The notes below the pieces were generated by a model. It did no database searches. It was not told the DNA's origin and saw only the letters and a program-made list of their open reading frames with translations. From Escherichia coli (GTDB lineage: Bacteria; Pseudomonadota; Gammaproteobacteria; Enterobacterales; Enterobacteriaceae): a stretch of DNA of 64,000 nucleotides. The stretch lies in the NCBI RefSeq assembly GCF_030013205.1, contig NZ_CP122648.1; one strand, written 5' to 3'. Shown piece after piece: positions 13,491 to 29,612 of this stretch. Positions within the stretch are counted from its first letter, which is position 1; each line of letters opens with the position of its first letter. The position numbers were made by a program, and so were the translations under genes.

Positions 13491-13523
13491 GCGCGGACAG
13501 TCCCCTCGCCCTTTGGGCGAGGG
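13491..13523. repeat. Small palindromic repeat (GCGGACAGTCCCCTCGCCC..GGGCGAGGG), same family as the repeat at 57096-57115
   Basis: Inverted repeat seen in hypF/norW convergent intergenic; near-identical core in reverse orientation near gabP. Confidence 0.5.
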
Positions 13524-13535
13524 AGAAAACCATGC

Positions 13536-14669
13536 CTACACCGGCAACGTTTTCAACAATCCAAACGCCTCTTTCATCCGATCCTCACTGACCACAAAGG
13601 CGCGAAGCTGGTCGGCATCATCAACACCGCGCGCCACCATTCCCTGGCGTTCGGTATTAATTTGCCAGCGTAAATCCTGACGCTGGGTTTCGCCTGCCAG
13701 ATGCAGCGGTAATTCTGGCGTTTTGATTTTCACCAGCATCGCAGGGAGTTTCAGCGGCGTGTTATTGCCGAGAAGATTTTTTGCCAGCACCATCGCGCTA
13801 AGTTGAATCGGCTGGAGGAACGGCAATACCTGACCGTTAATTTCCGTGCAATCGCCCAGCGCATAAATATCGGCATTACTGGTTTGCAGATAACTATCGA
13901 CGCAAACGCCGCGATTAATCGTCAGCCCGGCGCGTCGTGCCAGGGCGGTTTCCGGGCGCAGTCCGGTGGCGGCAATTACCGCATCCACTTCGATGCTGCG
14001 CTGGCGGTCCAGCGTTGCCAGAATGCTAGAATCCGTTTTTTCCAGCCCCTGCAACTGAGATTTTAACAGCAGATGAACGCCCATCTCCGTCAACCGATGC
14101 TGCAAGCGGCTGCTTACTTCCGGTGGCATTAACGATGCCAGAATACTGGCAGCGTTGTCGATTAGCGTGACCGCTTTGCCTGCACGACAAAAATCCATCG
14201 CCAGTTCGCTACCAATCAAGCCACCGCCAACAATCAACACGCGTCGGGCATCCCGCAGTTGCGTTTCACAGGCGCGATACTCTTGCTGACTATTTAACGT
14301 CAGCATTAACTCACGCCCAGGCACAGGCGGGACAAAGGCGCTGGCACCAGTTGCCAGCACTAGCTTGTCGTATCGCCACTGATTATTCTGGCTTTTCACT
14401 ACATGGGCTTCGGCATCGATATCCGTCACCCAGGTTTGCGGAAACAGGCGCAGATTAAACTGCTCGGCAAATTCACCCGCCGTCTGGCGGGTAAGGTCAT
14501 CGGCTCGTTGCCCCTGACTGATAACATGGCTGAGGTCAGGTTTGTTGTACTCATCCATGCTGTCGGCGGCAATCAGGGTTAATGGAATACTGGCGTCCTG
14601 TTTGCGAATATTTTTCACCAGTTGGCGGGCGGCAAAGCCCGAACCAATGATCACAATGCCGTTGCTCAT
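13536..14669 (-). CDS. norW: NADH:flavorubredoxin reductase NorW
   Basis: 377 aa, FAD/NAD Rossmann GxGxxG motifs; downstream of norV. Confidence 0.9.
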   Translation of the reverse strand: MSNGIVIIGSGFAARQLVKNIRKQDASIPLTLIAADSMDEYNKPDLSHVISQGQRADDLTRQTAGEFAEQFNLRLFPQTWVTDIDAEAHVVKSQNNQWRYDKLVLATGASAFVPPVPGRELMLTLNSQQEYRACETQLRDARRVLIVGGGLIGSELAMDFCRAGKAVTLIDNAASILASLMPPEVSSRLQHRLTEMGVHLLLKSQLQGLEKTDSSILATLDRQRSIEVDAVIAATGLRPETALARRAGLTINRGVCVDSYLQTSNADIYALGDCTEINGQVLPFLQPIQLSAMVLAKNLLGNNTPLKLPAMLVKIKTPELPLHLAGETQRQDLRWQINTERQGMVARGVDDADQLRAFVVSEDRMKEAFGLLKTLPV

Positions 14670-16105
14670 TTTGCCTCCGATGCCAGTTCGTCAAAGACGT
14701 CTTTGCCAAGGGAGCATTCCGGGCAGAGGAAGTTATCCGGAACTTCACTCCACGGCGTTCCTGGCGCAACGTCCTGCATTGGCTCGCCTTTTGCCGGATC
14801 GTAAATCCACTGGCAGACGCTGCACTGCATCCGTGGGCCGAGGTCAGCCGTCGTGTTGGCAGAGGTTTCTTCTTTAACCACCGTATTCACCGTGCTCTGC
14901 GGCAGCGGCGCGAGCGCCCACTGACGGGCGATTTCGCGACCGTGTTTACGACATAACTCCAGAGCGTCCTGGTCCGGTCGCCATTTGGCTTTCAGGCTAA
15001 GCGACATTTCGAAACCTGCATCCTGCAGGCGTGTGGAAAGACGATCCACCGCACCGCCGCTCCAGCCGTGAGAGCCGAAAGCACTGGCGCGTTTGTTACG
15101 GAAGCGTAAACCAGTCATCTCCTCCACCAGCCCGGCGATTTTCGGCATCATCACATTATTCATCGTAGAAGTGCCGACCAGCACGCCTTTTGAGCGGAAG
15201 ACATTGGTCAGGATTTCGTTTTTATCGCTTCGGGCGACGTTGAAAATTTTCACCGCCACGCGTGGGTCGGTTTCCGCAATACCCTGGGCGATAGCATCGG
15301 CCATCATGCGGGTATTATTCGACATGGTGTCGTAGAAAATGGTGATTCTGTCTTCCTGATAATCCGCCGCCCATTTCAGGTACAGCTCGACAATTTGCGT
15401 CGGGTTATCGCGCCATACCACGCCGTGAGAGGTCGCTATCATATCGACTGGTAAGTTAAAGCCCAGGATCTCGGTAATTTTCGGCGTTACCAGGCGGCTG
15501 AACGGCGTCAGGATATTGGCGTAATAACGCTGGCACTGCTCGAAAAGCTCCGTCTGATCCACTTCATCGTTGAACAGATGCTCGTCGCAGTAGTGCTGAC
15601 CGAAAGCATCGTTACTGAACAGTACCGCGTCGCCTGTCAGGTAAGTCATCATGCTGTCCGGCCAGTGCAGCATTGGCGTTTCGACAAAAATGAGCTGTTT
15701 GCCGTTGCCGATATCCAGCGTGTCGCCAGTTTTCACCACATTAAAATTCCACTCCGGATGATGGTGATGACCATTTATCGAGTCGATAGCGTTAGCAGTA
15801 CAGTAGATCGGCGTATCGGGAATTTGCGCCATCAGTTCGGTCAGCGCCCCGGCGTGGTCCTCTTCTGCATGGTTAATCACGATGTAATCGATATCCGCCA
15901 GATCGATTTCATTACGCAGGTTCTGCACAAATTCGCGGCTGAATTTATGGTCAACGGTGTCGATCAGCACGTTTTTTTCTTCGCGGATGAGGTAGCTGTT
16001 GTAGCTGCTGCCGCGCAGCGTTTTATATTCTGTGCCGTGAAAATCACGCACTTCCCAGTCACGTTGACCAACCCAATGAATGTTATTTTTCACCACAATA
16101 GACAT
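14666..16105 (-). CDS. norV: Anaerobic nitric oxide reductase flavorubredoxin NorV
   Basis: 479 aa, metallo-beta-lactamase/flavodoxin core with C-terminal rubredoxin CxxC...CxxC. Confidence 0.9.
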   Translation of the reverse strand: MSIVVKNNIHWVGQRDWEVRDFHGTEYKTLRGSSYNSYLIREEKNVLIDTVDHKFSREFVQNLRNEIDLADIDYIVINHAEEDHAGALTELMAQIPDTPIYCTANAIDSINGHHHHPEWNFNVVKTGDTLDIGNGKQLIFVETPMLHWPDSMMTYLTGDAVLFSNDAFGQHYCDEHLFNDEVDQTELFEQCQRYYANILTPFSRLVTPKITEILGFNLPVDMIATSHGVVWRDNPTQIVELYLKWAADYQEDRITIFYDTMSNNTRMMADAIAQGIAETDPRVAVKIFNVARSDKNEILTNVFRSKGVLVGTSTMNNVMMPKIAGLVEEMTGLRFRNKRASAFGSHGWSGGAVDRLSTRLQDAGFEMSLSLKAKWRPDQDALELCRKHGREIARQWALAPLPQSTVNTVVKEETSANTTADLGPRMQCSVCQWIYDPAKGEPMQDVAPGTPWSEVPDNFLCPECSLGKDVFDELASEAK

Positions 16106-16152
16106 AGCAACCTCAATTTATTCAGCGTGTTCTAAAAAGATGTCTTGCTAAT

Positions 16153-16168
16153 TGCAGATTGCGCGCCA
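16153..16168 (-). promoter_or_regulatory. Sigma54 (-24/-12) promoter of norVW: TGGCGCGCAATCTGCA on minus strand
   Basis: Matches TGGCAC-N5-TTGCA architecture, correctly placed between NorR sites and norV. Confidence 0.6.
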
Positions 16169-16223
16169 GTTTTTTATCTAATTGATTTTTATGTATAAAT
16201 TAATTCATGCTCATTAATGAGTA

Positions 16224-16279
16224 GTCAAAATGACTATCAATCAAATGGTCGATATGACAATATCTATAGTCAAATTGAC
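16224..16279. promoter_or_regulatory. Three NorR enhancer sites (GTCAAAATGAC, GTCGATATGAC, GTCAAATTGAC; GT-N7-AC)
   Basis: Three evenly spaced GT-N7-AC inverted repeats in norR-norV intergenic; established NorR binding pattern. Confidence 0.75.
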
Positions 16280-16291
16280 AGTGAGGCAAAG

Positions 16292-17806
16292 ATGAGTTTT
16301 TCCGTTGATGTGCTGGCGAATATCGCCATCGAATTGCAGCGTGGGATTGGTCATCAGGATCGTTTTCAGCGCCTGATCACCACGCTGCGTCAGGTGCTGG
16401 AGTGCGATGCGTCTGCATTGCTGCGTTACGACTCGCGGCAGTTTATTCCGCTTGCCATCGACGGGCTGGCAAAGGATGTACTCGGTAGACGCTTTGCGCT
16501 GGAAGGGCATCCACGGCTGGAAGCGATTGCCCGCGCCGGGGACGTGGTGCGCTTTCCCGCAGACAGCGAATTGCCCGATCCTTATGACGGTTTGATTCCC
16601 GGGCAGGAGAGTCTGAAGGTTCACGCCTGCGTTGGTCTGCCATTGTTTGCCGGGCAAAACCTGATCGGCGCATTGACGCTCGACGGGATGCAGCCCGATC
16701 AGTTCGATGTTTTCAGCGACGAAGAGTTACGCCTGATTGCCGCGCTGGCGGCGGGAGCGTTAAGCAATGCGTTGCTGATTGAGCAACTGGAAAGCCAGAA
16801 TATGCTGCCGGGCGATGCCGCGCCGTTTGAAGCGGTGAAACAGACGCAGATGATCGGTCTGTCGCCAGGTATGACGCAATTAAAAAAAGAGATTGAGATT
16901 GTGGCGGCGTCCGATCTCAACGTCTTAATCAGCGGTGAGACGGGAACCGGTAAGGAGCTGGTGGCGAAAGCGATTCATGAAGCCTCGCCAAGGGCGGTGA
17001 ATCCGCTGGTCTATCTCAACTGTGCCGCACTGCCGGAAAGTGTGGCGGAAAGTGAACTGTTCGGGCATGTGAAAGGGGCGTTTACTGGTGCTATCAGTAA
17101 CCGCAGCGGGAAGTTTGAAATGGCGGATAACGGCACACTGTTTCTCGATGAGATCGGCGAGTTGTCGTTGGCATTGCAGGCCAAGCTGCTGAGGGTGTTG
17201 CAGTATGGCGATATTCAGCGCGTTGGCGATGACCGCAGTTTGCGGGTCGATGTGCGCGTGCTGGCGGCGACTAACCGCGATTTACGCGAAGAGGTGCTGG
17301 CAGGGCGATTCCGCGCCGATTTGTTTCATCGCCTGAGCGTGTTTCCACTTTCGGTGCCGCCGCTGCGTGAGCGGGGCGATGATGTCATTCTGCTGGCGGG
17401 GTATTTCTGCGAGCAGTGTCGTTTGCGGCTGGGGCTCTCCCGCGTGGTATTAAGTGCCGGGGCGCGAAATTTACTGCAACACTACAGTTTTCCGGGAAAC
17501 GTGCGCGAACTGGAACATGCTATTCATCGGGCGGTAGTACTGTCGAGAGCCACTCGCAGCGGCGATGAAGTGATTCTTGAGGCGCAACATTTTGCTTTTC
17601 CTGAGGTGACGTTGCCGCCGCCAGAAGCGGCGGCGGTGCCCGTTGTTAAGCAAAACCTGCGTGAAGCGACAGAAGCGTTCCAGCGTGAAACTATTCGTCA
17701 GGCACTGGCACAAAATCATCACAACTGGGCTGCCTGTGCGCGGATGCTGGAAACCGACGTCGCCAACCTGCATCGGCTGGCGAAACGTCTGGGATTGAAG
17801 GATTAA
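16292..17806 (+). CDS. norR: Sigma54-dependent NO-responsive activator NorR
   Basis: GAF domain, AAA+ sigma54 activation domain ([14 protein letters not shown]), C-terminal HTH; start [16 protein letters not shown] after GAGG SD; ORF-track start 16217 would read through the NorR sites. Confidence 0.9.
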   Translation: MSFSVDVLANIAIELQRGIGHQDRFQRLITTLRQVLECDASALLRYDSRQFIPLAIDGLAKDVLGRRFALEGHPRLEAIARAGDVVRFPADSELPDPYDGLIPGQESLKVHACVGLPLFAGQNLIGALTLDGMQPDQFDVFSDEELRLIAALAAGALSNALLIEQLESQNMLPGDAAPFEAVKQTQMIGLSPGMTQLKKEIEIVAASDLNVLISGETGTGKELVAKAIHEASPRAVNPLVYLNCAALPESVAESELFGHVKGAFTGAISNRSGKFEMADNGTLFLDEIGELSLALQAKLLRVLQYGDIQRVGDDRSLRVDVRVLAATNRDLREEVLAGRFRADLFHRLSVFPLSVPPLRERGDDVILLAGYFCEQCRLRLGLSRVVLSAGARNLLQHYSFPGNVRELEHAIHRAVVLSRATRSGDEVILEAQHFAFPEVTLPPPEAAAVPVVKQNLREATEAFQRETIRQALAQNHHNWAACARMLETDVANLHRLAKRLGLKD

Positions 17807-18768
17807 ATAATCCCGGCCTGATAGAAATCCTGCAAGTTAATTGCGCCGGTGAGTTTGCCGTTTTCATCCACCACCGGTGCGGCAGTGATTTTGCGCTTCA
17901 TCAGGATCTCTTTGGCGTCGATGGCACGGCTTTGCGCCTGTAATGTGGTGCCGCCTGTCGTCATCGCTTCATTAACTGGCGTGGTGAGTGCGCCGCCGCC
18001 AACCAGCCAGCGACGTAAATCGCCGTCGGTAAAGACGCCTTGTACCTGTTGTTGAGCGTCACATACCGCCACCAGCCCCAGACCAGTGCGGCTGAGTTCC
18101 AGCATCGCATCCATCACGCTGGCGGTTAACGCTACCTGCGGGATAGCGTCATCACGGCGCATCAGATGATGCACTTTATTCAGCAAGCGAGCACCCAATG
18201 CTCCAGCAGGGTGGGAGCGGGCAAAATCTTCTTCATTAAATCCGCGCGCCTGCATGACCGCCATCGCCAGCGCGTCACCCATCATCAGGGTATTCACGGT
18301 GCTGGAGGTCGGCGCAAGGTGCATCGGACAGGCTTCGCGTTCTACGGAGATATCCAGCACCGCTTTCGCCGCCAGGCCCAGCGGTGACGTCGGTTTGCCG
18401 GTCATCGCCAGCAGTGCGATAGATTTATCTTCCAGACGCGGAATAATCAGATCCAGTTCCTTCGCGCCACCGGAGTAAGAGATAAACAGCATCACATCGC
18501 GGCTTTCGATCATCCCCAGATCGCCGTGCAGTGCCTCTGCCGGATGGACAAAAAAAGCCGGTGTGCCGGTACTGGCAAGCGTTGCGGCGATTTTCTTACC
18601 AATGTGGCCCGATTTGCCAATTCCCGAAACCACCACTTTGCCTTCGCAGTGCAGGATGATATTGGCGGCGCGAACAAAATCATCGCCCAGACGTTCCGGT
18701 AAACGGCTTGCTTCCTGCAACTCCAGCATTAAAGTCTGACGTCCCGCGTTCAGTAGTGCTTCACTCAT
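17803..18768 (-). CDS. gutQ: D-arabinose 5-phosphate isomerase GutQ (SIS + CBS domains)
   Basis: 321 aa, SIS domain GKSGHIGKK, tandem CBS. Confidence 0.9.
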   Translation of the reverse strand: MSEALLNAGRQTLMLELQEASRLPERLGDDFVRAANIILHCEGKVVVSGIGKSGHIGKKIAATLASTGTPAFFVHPAEALHGDLGMIESRDVMLFISYSGGAKELDLIIPRLEDKSIALLAMTGKPTSPLGLAAKAVLDISVEREACPMHLAPTSSTVNTLMMGDALAMAVMQARGFNEEDFARSHPAGALGARLLNKVHHLMRRDDAIPQVALTASVMDAMLELSRTGLGLVAVCDAQQQVQGVFTDGDLRRWLVGGGALTTPVNEAMTTGGTTLQAQSRAIDAKEILMKRKITAAPVVDENGKLTGAINLQDFYQAGII

Positions 18769-19534
18769 TGCTCTCTCCGGTTATGATCACATCGATCCCT
18801 TTCTTTTCCAGCGCCTGACGAAACGCTGGATCGATACCTGCGTCGGTAATTAGCTTATCGACGCTTTCAAGACTGCAAACTACGTTGGGGCTTTTACGGC
18901 CAAACTTTGATGAGTCTGCCATCAAAATCACTTCGCGCGCGGCATTGCACATTGCCTTACTGACGGTATAAACCTCGTTGAACGTGGTTACGCCCGCATT
19001 GAGATCGATGCCGTCGGTGCCCATAAACAATTTATCGAAGGTGAAATGCTCGAAGGCATTCTCTGCCAGTTGCCCGTGAAATGAGGCCGATTTTTTACGA
19101 AATGTTCCGCCTGGCATCAGGATAGTTTGTTCGTTATCCAGTTCGGATAGCGCATTGACGATATGCAGGCTGTTGGTCATCACTGTGATGTTATTAAAGC
19201 GCGAGAGCAGGGGGACCATCTGCAAAACGGTACTGCCAGCATCAAGAATGATCGAATCGCCATCATGGATAAAACTAACGGCAGCTTCTGCAATCAGCTC
19301 TTTCTTGTGGGTGTTGATGAGTGTTTTATGATCGATAGGCGGATCGGATTCCTCTTTATTCAACACCACTCCGCCATAAGTACGAATGACGGTTCCGGCA
19401 TGTTCCAGAATGACCAGATCTTTGCGAATGGTTGTGCCTGTGGTGTCAAAGTATTGCGCCAATTCTTCAACCGAGCATTTACCCTGCTTTTGCAGATACT
19501 CCAGAATGGCGGCCTGACGCTGACGAGGTTTCAT
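18761..19534 (-). CDS. srlR: DeoR-family glucitol operon repressor SrlR
   Basis: 257 aa, N-terminal DeoR HTH. Confidence 0.9.
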   Translation of the reverse strand: MKPRQRQAAILEYLQKQGKCSVEELAQYFDTTGTTIRKDLVILEHAGTVIRTYGGVVLNKEESDPPIDHKTLINTHKKELIAEAAVSFIHDGDSIILDAGSTVLQMVPLLSRFNNITVMTNSLHIVNALSELDNEQTILMPGGTFRKKSASFHGQLAENAFEHFTFDKLFMGTDGIDLNAGVTTFNEVYTVSKAMCNAAREVILMADSSKFGRKSPNVVCSLESVDKLITDAGIDPAFRQALEKKGIDVIITGESNE

Positions 19535-19600
19535 GGGCGTGATTACCTGATTTAGGTTTCAAAATGATAACTTCGCAAGCAAGTAACATTCACAACGAAA

Positions 19601-19960
19601 TTATCCACGTTTCAGTTTAAGCGCCAATGATAGAGCATTCTGTGATAGTGGATCATGGGGAAAGATCACATCGGGCTGTAAATCACCCGCATACATACCG
19701 GTAATTGCGGGAATTTTTTGCGGTCGGGCGAAGACGGTCAGTCCTTTCATAAACAAGGTGTCGACGATGCGTTGCTGATCGTCCAGGGCGATGGCGACCA
19801 CGACCCGCGGTTTAAAGCGCCCGCTGGAACGGCCCACGCCAACCCGCCCTTGCTGGCATAGTGTGTCGAAGGCACGGTTAAAACGAGAAATTTGCCAACC
19901 GCCTAAGGCCAGTTGCGCACACCAGGCGATAACGGCGACGGTGATGAGTGCGGATACCAT
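19601..19960 (-). CDS. srlM: Glucitol operon activator GutM
   Basis: 119 aa, conserved position between srlD and srlR. Confidence 0.85.
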   Translation of the reverse strand: MVSALITVAVIAWCAQLALGGWQISRFNRAFDTLCQQGRVGVGRSSGRFKPRVVVAIALDDQQRIVDTLFMKGLTVFARPQKIPAITGMYAGDLQPDVIFPHDPLSQNALSLALKLKRG

Positions 19961-19997
19961 AACTTCTCCGTAATGTAGTGGCGGAAGTCTTGTAGGC

Positions 19998-20022
19998 CTG
20001 ATAAGCGTAGCGCATCAGGCAT
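19998..20022. repeat. REP-like palindrome GCCTGATAAGCGTAGCGCATCAGGC
   Basis: Matches the classical REP core pattern; intergenic srlD-gutM. Confidence 0.6.
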
Positions 20023-20065
20023 TCTATTAGTCGCGCGGAGATCCTTAAAAGATCTCCGCTGTTGA

Positions 20066-21220
<1,155 letters not shown>

Positions 21221-21230
21221 GTTTCAGCCT

Positions 21231-22768
<1,538 letters not shown>

Positions 22769-23005
22769 TTATTGTTTTATTACCAAACGGCAACCTAATC
22801 TAATCAGGTTGAAAGATTTAAAAGTGTTATTTTGATCGCAAAATGAAAGATAAATATTTTAACTTGAAAGTTTCAATAAAAGGATAGCGAGGAGAATGAG
22901 TTGAGTTATGTAAAGTCCGTATCGGGCAGTGACTACCGCTTCCTTGTGCGGGGCGTGATGCTTTACCATACTTGCCCCTGGTTGAATCTGTTAAATGGAC
23001 CCCTC

Positions 23006-24091
23006 ATGTTCAAGCGTCGTTATGTAACATTGCTTCCCCTTTTTGTGTTGCTTGCCGCCTGTAGCAGCAAGCCAAAACCTACTGAGACTGAAACGACCAC
23101 CGGAACGCCGTCTGGCGGCTTCCTGCTTGAGCCGCAGCACAATGTGATGCAGATGGGCGGCGATTTCGCTAATAACCCGAATGCCCAGCAGTTCATCGAC
23201 AAAATGGTGAACAAACACGGTTTCGATCGTCAGCAGTTGCAGGAAATTCTCTCCCAGGCGAAACGTCTGGATTCGGTACTGCGGCTGATGGATAACCAGG
23301 CACCAACCACATCGGTGAAACCGCCATCAGGTCCGAACGGCGCATGGCTGCGTTATCGCAAAAAATTTATTACGCCGGACAACGTGCAGAACGGTGTGGT
23401 TTTCTGGAATCAGTATGAAGATGCGTTGAATCGCGCGTGGCAGGTGTATGGTGTACCGCCGGAAATTATCGTCGGGATTATCGGCGTTGAAACCCGCTGG
23501 GGGCGCGTGATGGGGAAAACTCGCATCCTCGATGCGCTGGCAACGCTGTCATTTAACTACCCACGCCGCGCGGAGTATTTTTCTGGCGAGCTGGAAACCT
23601 TCCTGCTGATGGCGCGCGACGAGCAGGACGATCCGCTCAATCTGAAAGGTTCCTTTGCCGGGGCGATGGGCTACGGACAGTTTATGCCGTCGTCTTACAA
23701 ACAATACGCGGTAGATTTCAGCGGCGACGGGCATATCAACCTGTGGGATCCGGTTGATGCCATTGGTAGTGTGGCGAACTATTTCAAAGCGCACGGCTGG
23801 GTGAAAGGCGATCAGGTCGCGGTAATGGCAAACGGTCAGGCTCCAGGCTTGCCAAATGGCTTCAAAACCAAGTACAGCATTTCGCAGCTTGCCGCGGCAG
23901 GTTTAACGCCACAGCAGCCGCTGGGCAACCATCAACAAGCCAGCCTGCTGCGTCTGGATGTTGGAACAGGTTACCAGTACTGGTACGGTCTGCCGAACTT
24001 CTACACCATTACCCGTTATAACCACAGCACCCATTACGCAATGGCGGTCTGGCAGTTAGGACAAGCCGTGGCGCTGGCGCGCGTGCAGTAA
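23006..24091 (+). CDS. mltB: Membrane-bound lytic murein transglycosylase B (lipoprotein)
   Basis: Start MFKRRYVTLLPLFVLLAAC with lipobox LAAC; ORF-track start 22901 is an extension. Confidence 0.88.
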   Translation: MFKRRYVTLLPLFVLLAACSSKPKPTETETTTGTPSGGFLLEPQHNVMQMGGDFANNPNAQQFIDKMVNKHGFDRQQLQEILSQAKRLDSVLRLMDNQAPTTSVKPPSGPNGAWLRYRKKFITPDNVQNGVVFWNQYEDALNRAWQVYGVPPEIIVGIIGVETRWGRVMGKTRILDALATLSFNYPRRAEYFSGELETFLLMARDEQDDPLNLKGSFAGAMGYGQFMPSSYKQYAVDFSGDGHINLWDPVDAIGSVANYFKAHGWVKGDQVAVMANGQAPGLPNGFKTKYSISQLAAAGLTPQQPLGNHQQASLLRLDVGTGYQYWYGLPNFYTITRYNHSTHYAMAVWQLGQAVALARVQ

Positions 24092-24235
24092 CTATTTGCA
24101 AGAGGGGAGCGTGAGCTTCCCTCTGGCTAATCAGCTTTTTTCTGAATCCTCCTCGTAAAATTGCAACGCCAACACCATCTTCCTGACGAAAGTGCTATCT
24201 TGTCCGGCATAAATTTTTGACTGACAGAGGTTGTG

Positions 24236-24733
24236 ATGACTGACAGTGAACTGATGCAGTTAAGCGAACAGGTTGGGCAGGCGCTGAAAGCCCGTGGCGC
24301 AACCGTAACAACTGCTGAGTCTTGTACCGGCGGTTGGGTAGCGAAAGTGATTACCGATATTGCCGGCAGTTCCGCCTGGTTTGAACGCGGATTTGTCACC
24401 TACAGTAACGAAGCCAAAGCGCAAATGATCGGCGTACGTGAAGAGACGCTGGCGCAGCATGGCGCGGTGAGCGAGCCTGTCGTGGTGGAAATGGCGATAG
24501 GCGCACTGAAAGCGGCTCGTGCTGATTATGCTGTGTCTATTAGTGGTATCGCCGGGCCGGATGGCGGCAGTGAAGAGAAGCCTGTCGGCACCGTCTGGTT
24601 TGCTTTTGCCACTGCCCGTGGTGAAGGCATTACCCGGCGGGAATGCTTCAGCGGTGACCGTGATGCGGTACGTCGTCAGGCTACTGCGTATGCATTGCAG
24701 ACCTTGTGGCAACAATTTCTACAAAACACTTGA
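24236..24733 (+). CDS. pncC: NMN amidohydrolase PncC (CinA-like)
   Basis: 165 aa from MTDSELMQLSEQVGQ; immediately upstream of recA. Confidence 0.88.
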   Translation: MTDSELMQLSEQVGQALKARGATVTTAESCTGGWVAKVITDIAGSSAWFERGFVTYSNEAKAQMIGVREETLAQHGAVSEPVVVEMAIGALKAARADYAVSISGIAGPDGGSEEKPVGTVWFAFATARGEGITRRECFSGDRDAVRRQATAYALQTLWQQFLQNT

Positions 24734-25874
<1,141 letters not shown>

Positions 25875-25933
25875 TCGTCTTGTTTGATACACAAGGGTCG
25901 CATCTGCGGCCCTTTTGCTTTTAAGGATATGCC

Positions 25934-26434
25934 ATGACAGAATCAACGTCCCGTCGCCCGGCATATGCTCGCCTGTTGGATCGTGCGGTACGCATTCTGG
26001 CGGTGCGCGATCACAGTGAGCAAGAACTGCGACGTAAACTCGCGGCACCGATTATGGGCAAAAATGGCCCGGAAGAGATTGATGCCACGGCAGAAGATTA
26101 CGAGCGCGTTATTGCCTGGTGCCATGAACATGGCTATCTCGATGACAGCCGATTTGTGGCGCGCTTTATCGCCAGCCGTAGCCGCAAAGGTTATGGACCT
26201 GCGCGTATTCGTCAGGAACTGAATCAGAAAGGTATTTCCCGCGAAGCGACAGAAAAAGCGATGCGTGAATGTGACATCGACTGGTGCGCACTGGCGCGCG
26301 ATCAGGCGACGCGAAAATATGGCGAACCTTTGCCAACTGTCTTTTCAGAAAAAGTTAAGATCCAGCGTTTTCTGCTCTATCGTGGCTATCTGATGGAAGA
26401 TATCCAGGATATTTGGCGAAATTTTGCCGACTGA
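25934..26434 (+). CDS. recX: RecA regulator RecX
   Basis: 166 aa, conserved position after recA. Confidence 0.9.
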   Translation: MTESTSRRPAYARLLDRAVRILAVRDHSEQELRRKLAAPIMGKNGPEEIDATAEDYERVIAWCHEHGYLDDSRFVARFIASRSRKGYGPARIRQELNQKGISREATEKAMRECDIDWCALARDQATRKYGEPLPTVFSEKVKIQRFLLYRGYLMEDIQDIWRNFAD

Positions 26435-26561
26435 ACGCATACGGTATTTTACTTCCCAGTCAAGAAAACTTATCTTATTCCCACTTTTCAGTTACCAGCC
26501 CGGCGGTTAAGACACGCTGGAGCTGGTGGCGATATTTCGTTAGCTTGATTTCAGGATAATT

Positions 26562-29192
26562 ATGAGCAAGAGCACCGCTGAGATCCGTCAGGCGTTTCTC
26601 GACTTTTTCCATAGTAAGGGACATCAGGTAGTTGCCAGCAGCTCCCTGGTACCCCATAACGACCCAACTTTGTTGTTTACCAACGCCGGGATGAACCAGT
26701 TCAAGGATGTGTTCCTTGGGCTCGACAAGCGTAATTATTCCCGCGCTACCACTTCCCAACGCTGCGTGCGTGCGGGTGGTAAACACAACGACCTGGAAAA
26801 CGTCGGTTACACCGCGCGTCACCATACCTTCTTCGAAATGCTGGGCAACTTCAGCTTCGGCGACTATTTCAAACACGATGCCATTCAGTTTGCATGGGAA
26901 CTGCTGACCAGCGAAAAATGGTTTGCCCTGCCGAAAGAGCGTCTGTGGGTTACCGTCTATGAAAGCGACGACGAAGCCTACGAAATCTGGGAAAAAGAAG
27001 TAGGGATCCCGCGCGAACGTATTATTCGCATCGGCGATAACAAAGGTGCGCCATACGCATCTGACAACTTCTGGCAGATGGGTGACACTGGTCCGTGCGG
27101 CCCGTGCACCGAAATCTTCTACGATCACGGCGACCACATTTGGGGTGGCCCTCCGGGAAGTCCGGAAGAAGACGGCGATCGCTACATTGAGATCTGGAAC
27201 ATCGTCTTCATGCAGTTCAACCGCCAGGCAGATGGCACGATGGAACCGCTGCCGAAGCCGTCTGTAGATACCGGTATGGGTCTGGAGCGTATTGCTGCGG
27301 TGCTGCAACACGTTAACTCTAACTATGACATCGACCTGTTCCGCACGCTGATCCAGGCGGTAGCGAAAGTCACTGGCGCGACCGATCTGAGCAATAAATC
27401 GCTGCGCGTAATCGCTGACCACATTCGTTCTTGTGCGTTCCTGATCGCGGATGGCGTAATGCCGTCCAATGAAAACCGTGGTTATGTACTGCGTCGTATC
27501 ATTCGTCGCGCAGTGCGTCACGGCAATATGCTGGGCGCGAAAGAAACCTTCTTCTACAAACTGGTTGGTCCGCTGATCGACGTAATGGGCTCTGCGGGTG
27601 AAGACCTGAAACGCCAGCAGGCGCAGGTTGAGCAGGTGCTGAAGACTGAAGAAGAGCAGTTTGCCCGTACTCTGGAGCGCGGTCTGGCGCTGCTGGATGA
27701 AGAGCTGGCAAAACTTTCTGGTGATACGCTGGATGGTGAAACGGCTTTCCGTCTGTACGACACCTATGGCTTCCCGGTTGACCTGACGGCTGATGTTTGT
27801 CGTGAGCGCAACATCAAAGTTGACGAAGCTGGTTTCGAAGCAGCAATGGAAGAGCAGCGTTGTCGCGCGCGCGAAGCCAGCGGCTTTGGTGCCGATTACA
27901 ACGCAATGATCCGTGTTGACAGTGCATCTGAATTTAAAGGCTATGACCATCTGGAACTGAACGGCAAAGTGACCGCGCTGTTTGTTGATGGTAAAGCGGT
28001 TGATGCCATCAATGCAGGCCAGGAAGCTGTGGTCGTGCTGGATCAAACGCCATTCTATGCGGAATCCGGCGGTCAGGTTGGTGATAAAGGCGAACTGAAA
28101 GGCACTAACTTCTCCTTTGCGGTGGAAGATACGCAGAAATACGGCCAGGCGATTGGTCACATCGGTAAACTTGCTGCGGGTTCTCTGAAAGTGGGCGACG
28201 CGGTGCAGGCTGATGTTGATGAAGCTCGTCGCGCCCGTATTCGTCTGAATCACTCCGCAACGCACCTGATGCACGCTGCGCTGCGCCAGGTTCTGGGTAC
28301 TCATGTATCGCAGAAAGGTTCACTGGTTAACGACAAAGTGCTGCGCTTCGACTTCTCACACAACGAAGCGATGAAACCAGAAGAGATTCGTGCGGTCGAA
28401 GACCTGGTGAACGCACAGATTCGCCGTAACTTGCCGATTGAAACCAACATCATGGATCTCGAAGCGGCGAAAGCGAAAGGTGCGATGGCGCTGTTCGGCG
28501 AGAAGTATGATGAGCGCGTACGCGTGCTGAGCATGGGCGATTTCTCCACCGAGCTGTGTGGCGGTACTCACGCAAGCCGCACCGGTGATATTGGTCTGTT
28601 CCGCATCATCTCTGAATCGGGTACTGCTGCAGGCGTTCGTCGTATCGAAGCGGTAACCGGAGAAGGCGCTATCGCCACCGTTCATGCAGACAGCGATCGC
28701 TTAAGCGAAGTCGCGCATCTGCTGAAAGGCGATAGCAATAATCTGGCTGATAAAGTGCGCTCAGTACTGGAACGTACGCGTCAGCTGGAAAAAGAGTTAC
28801 AACAGCTTAAAGAACAAGCTGCCGCACAGGAGAGCGCAAATCTTTCCAGTAAGGCAATTGATGTTAATGGTGTTAAGCTGTTGGTTAGCGAGCTTAGCGG
28901 TGTTGAGCCGAAAATGTTGCGTACCATGGTTGACGATTTAAAAAATCAGCTGGGGTCGACAATTATCGTGCTGGCAACGGTAGTCGAAGGTAAGGTTTCT
29001 CTGATTGCAGGCGTATCTAAGGACGTCACAGATCGTGTGAAAGCAGGGGAACTGATTGGTATGGTCGCTCAGCAGGTGGGCGGCAAGGGTGGTGGACGTC
29101 CTGACATGGCGCAAGCCGGTGGTACGGATGCTGCGGCCTTACCTGCAGCGTTAGCCAGTGTGAAAGGCTGGGTCAGCGCGAAATTGCAATAA
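26562..29192 (+). CDS. alaS: Alanine--tRNA ligase AlaS
   Basis: 876 aa, class II aaRS motifs, C-terminal editing and DHHA1 domains. Confidence 0.95.
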   Translation: MSKSTAEIRQAFLDFFHSKGHQVVASSSLVPHNDPTLLFTNAGMNQFKDVFLGLDKRNYSRATTSQRCVRAGGKHNDLENVGYTARHHTFFEMLGNFSFGDYFKHDAIQFAWELLTSEKWFALPKERLWVTVYESDDEAYEIWEKEVGIPRERIIRIGDNKGAPYASDNFWQMGDTGPCGPCTEIFYDHGDHIWGGPPGSPEEDGDRYIEIWNIVFMQFNRQADGTMEPLPKPSVDTGMGLERIAAVLQHVNSNYDIDLFRTLIQAVAKVTGATDLSNKSLRVIADHIRSCAFLIADGVMPSNENRGYVLRRIIRRAVRHGNMLGAKETFFYKLVGPLIDVMGSAGEDLKRQQAQVEQVLKTEEEQFARTLERGLALLDEELAKLSGDTLDGETAFRLYDTYGFPVDLTADVCRERNIKVDEAGFEAAMEEQRCRAREASGFGADYNAMIRVDSASEFKGYDHLELNGKVTALFVDGKAVDAINAGQEAVVVLDQTPFYAESGGQVGDKGELKGTNFSFAVEDTQKYGQAIGHIGKLAAGSLKVGDAVQADVDEARRARIRLNHSATHLMHAALRQVLGTHVSQKGSLVNDKVLRFDFSHNEAMKPEEIRAVEDLVNAQIRRNLPIETNIMDLEAAKAKGAMALFGEKYDERVRVLSMGDFSTELCGGTHASRTGDIGLFRIISESGTAAGVRRIEAVTGEGAIATVHADSDRLSEVAHLLKGDSNNLADKVRSVLERTRQLEKELQQLKEQAAAQESANLSSKAIDVNGVKLLVSELSGVEPKMLRTMVDDLKNQLGSTIIVLATVVEGKVSLIAGVSKDVTDRVKAGELIGMVAQQVGGKGGGRPDMAQAGGTDAAALPAALASVKGWVSAKLQ

Positions 29193-29426
29193 TATAAGCG
29201 TCAGGCAATGCCGTGGACTCGCTTCACGGCATTCGCATTAACGCTATCGACAACGATAAAGTCAGGTTGAAGTTGTGTATATCGGCTAAACTTAGGTTTA
29301 ACAGAATGTAATGCCATGACTGCTTACATGTAATGTGTTTGTCATTGCTTACTTTTTGGCGTTATATGATGGATAATGCCGGGATACAGAGAGACCCGAC
29401 TCTTTTAATCTTTCAAGGAGCAAAGA

Positions 29427-29612
29427 ATGCTGATTCTGACTCGTCGAGTTGGTGAGACCCTCATGATTGGGGATGAGGTCACCGTGACAGTTTTAGGGGT
29501 AAAGGGCAACCAGGTACGTATTGGCGTAAATGCCCCGAAGGAAGTTTCTGTTCACCGTGAAGAGATCTACCAGCGTATCCAGGCTGAAAAATCCCAGCAG
29601 TCCAGTTACTAA
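29427..29612 (+). CDS. csrA: Carbon storage regulator CsrA
   Basis: 61 aa [48 protein letters not shown]. Confidence 0.95.

Noticed and set aside
15578-16135. 185-aa plus-strand ORF overlapping norV; also 35110-35706 (+, in emrB), 58727-59407 (+, in gabD), 60482-60892 (+, in lhgO), 7768-8166 and 8467-8895 (+, in ascF)
   Set aside because: All are antisense shadow ORFs within confidently assigned genes
26475-28304. 609-aa ORF antisense to alaS
   Set aside because: Same reasoning: shadow ORF inside alaS with low-complexity Arg/Val/Phe-rich sequence; no RBS context
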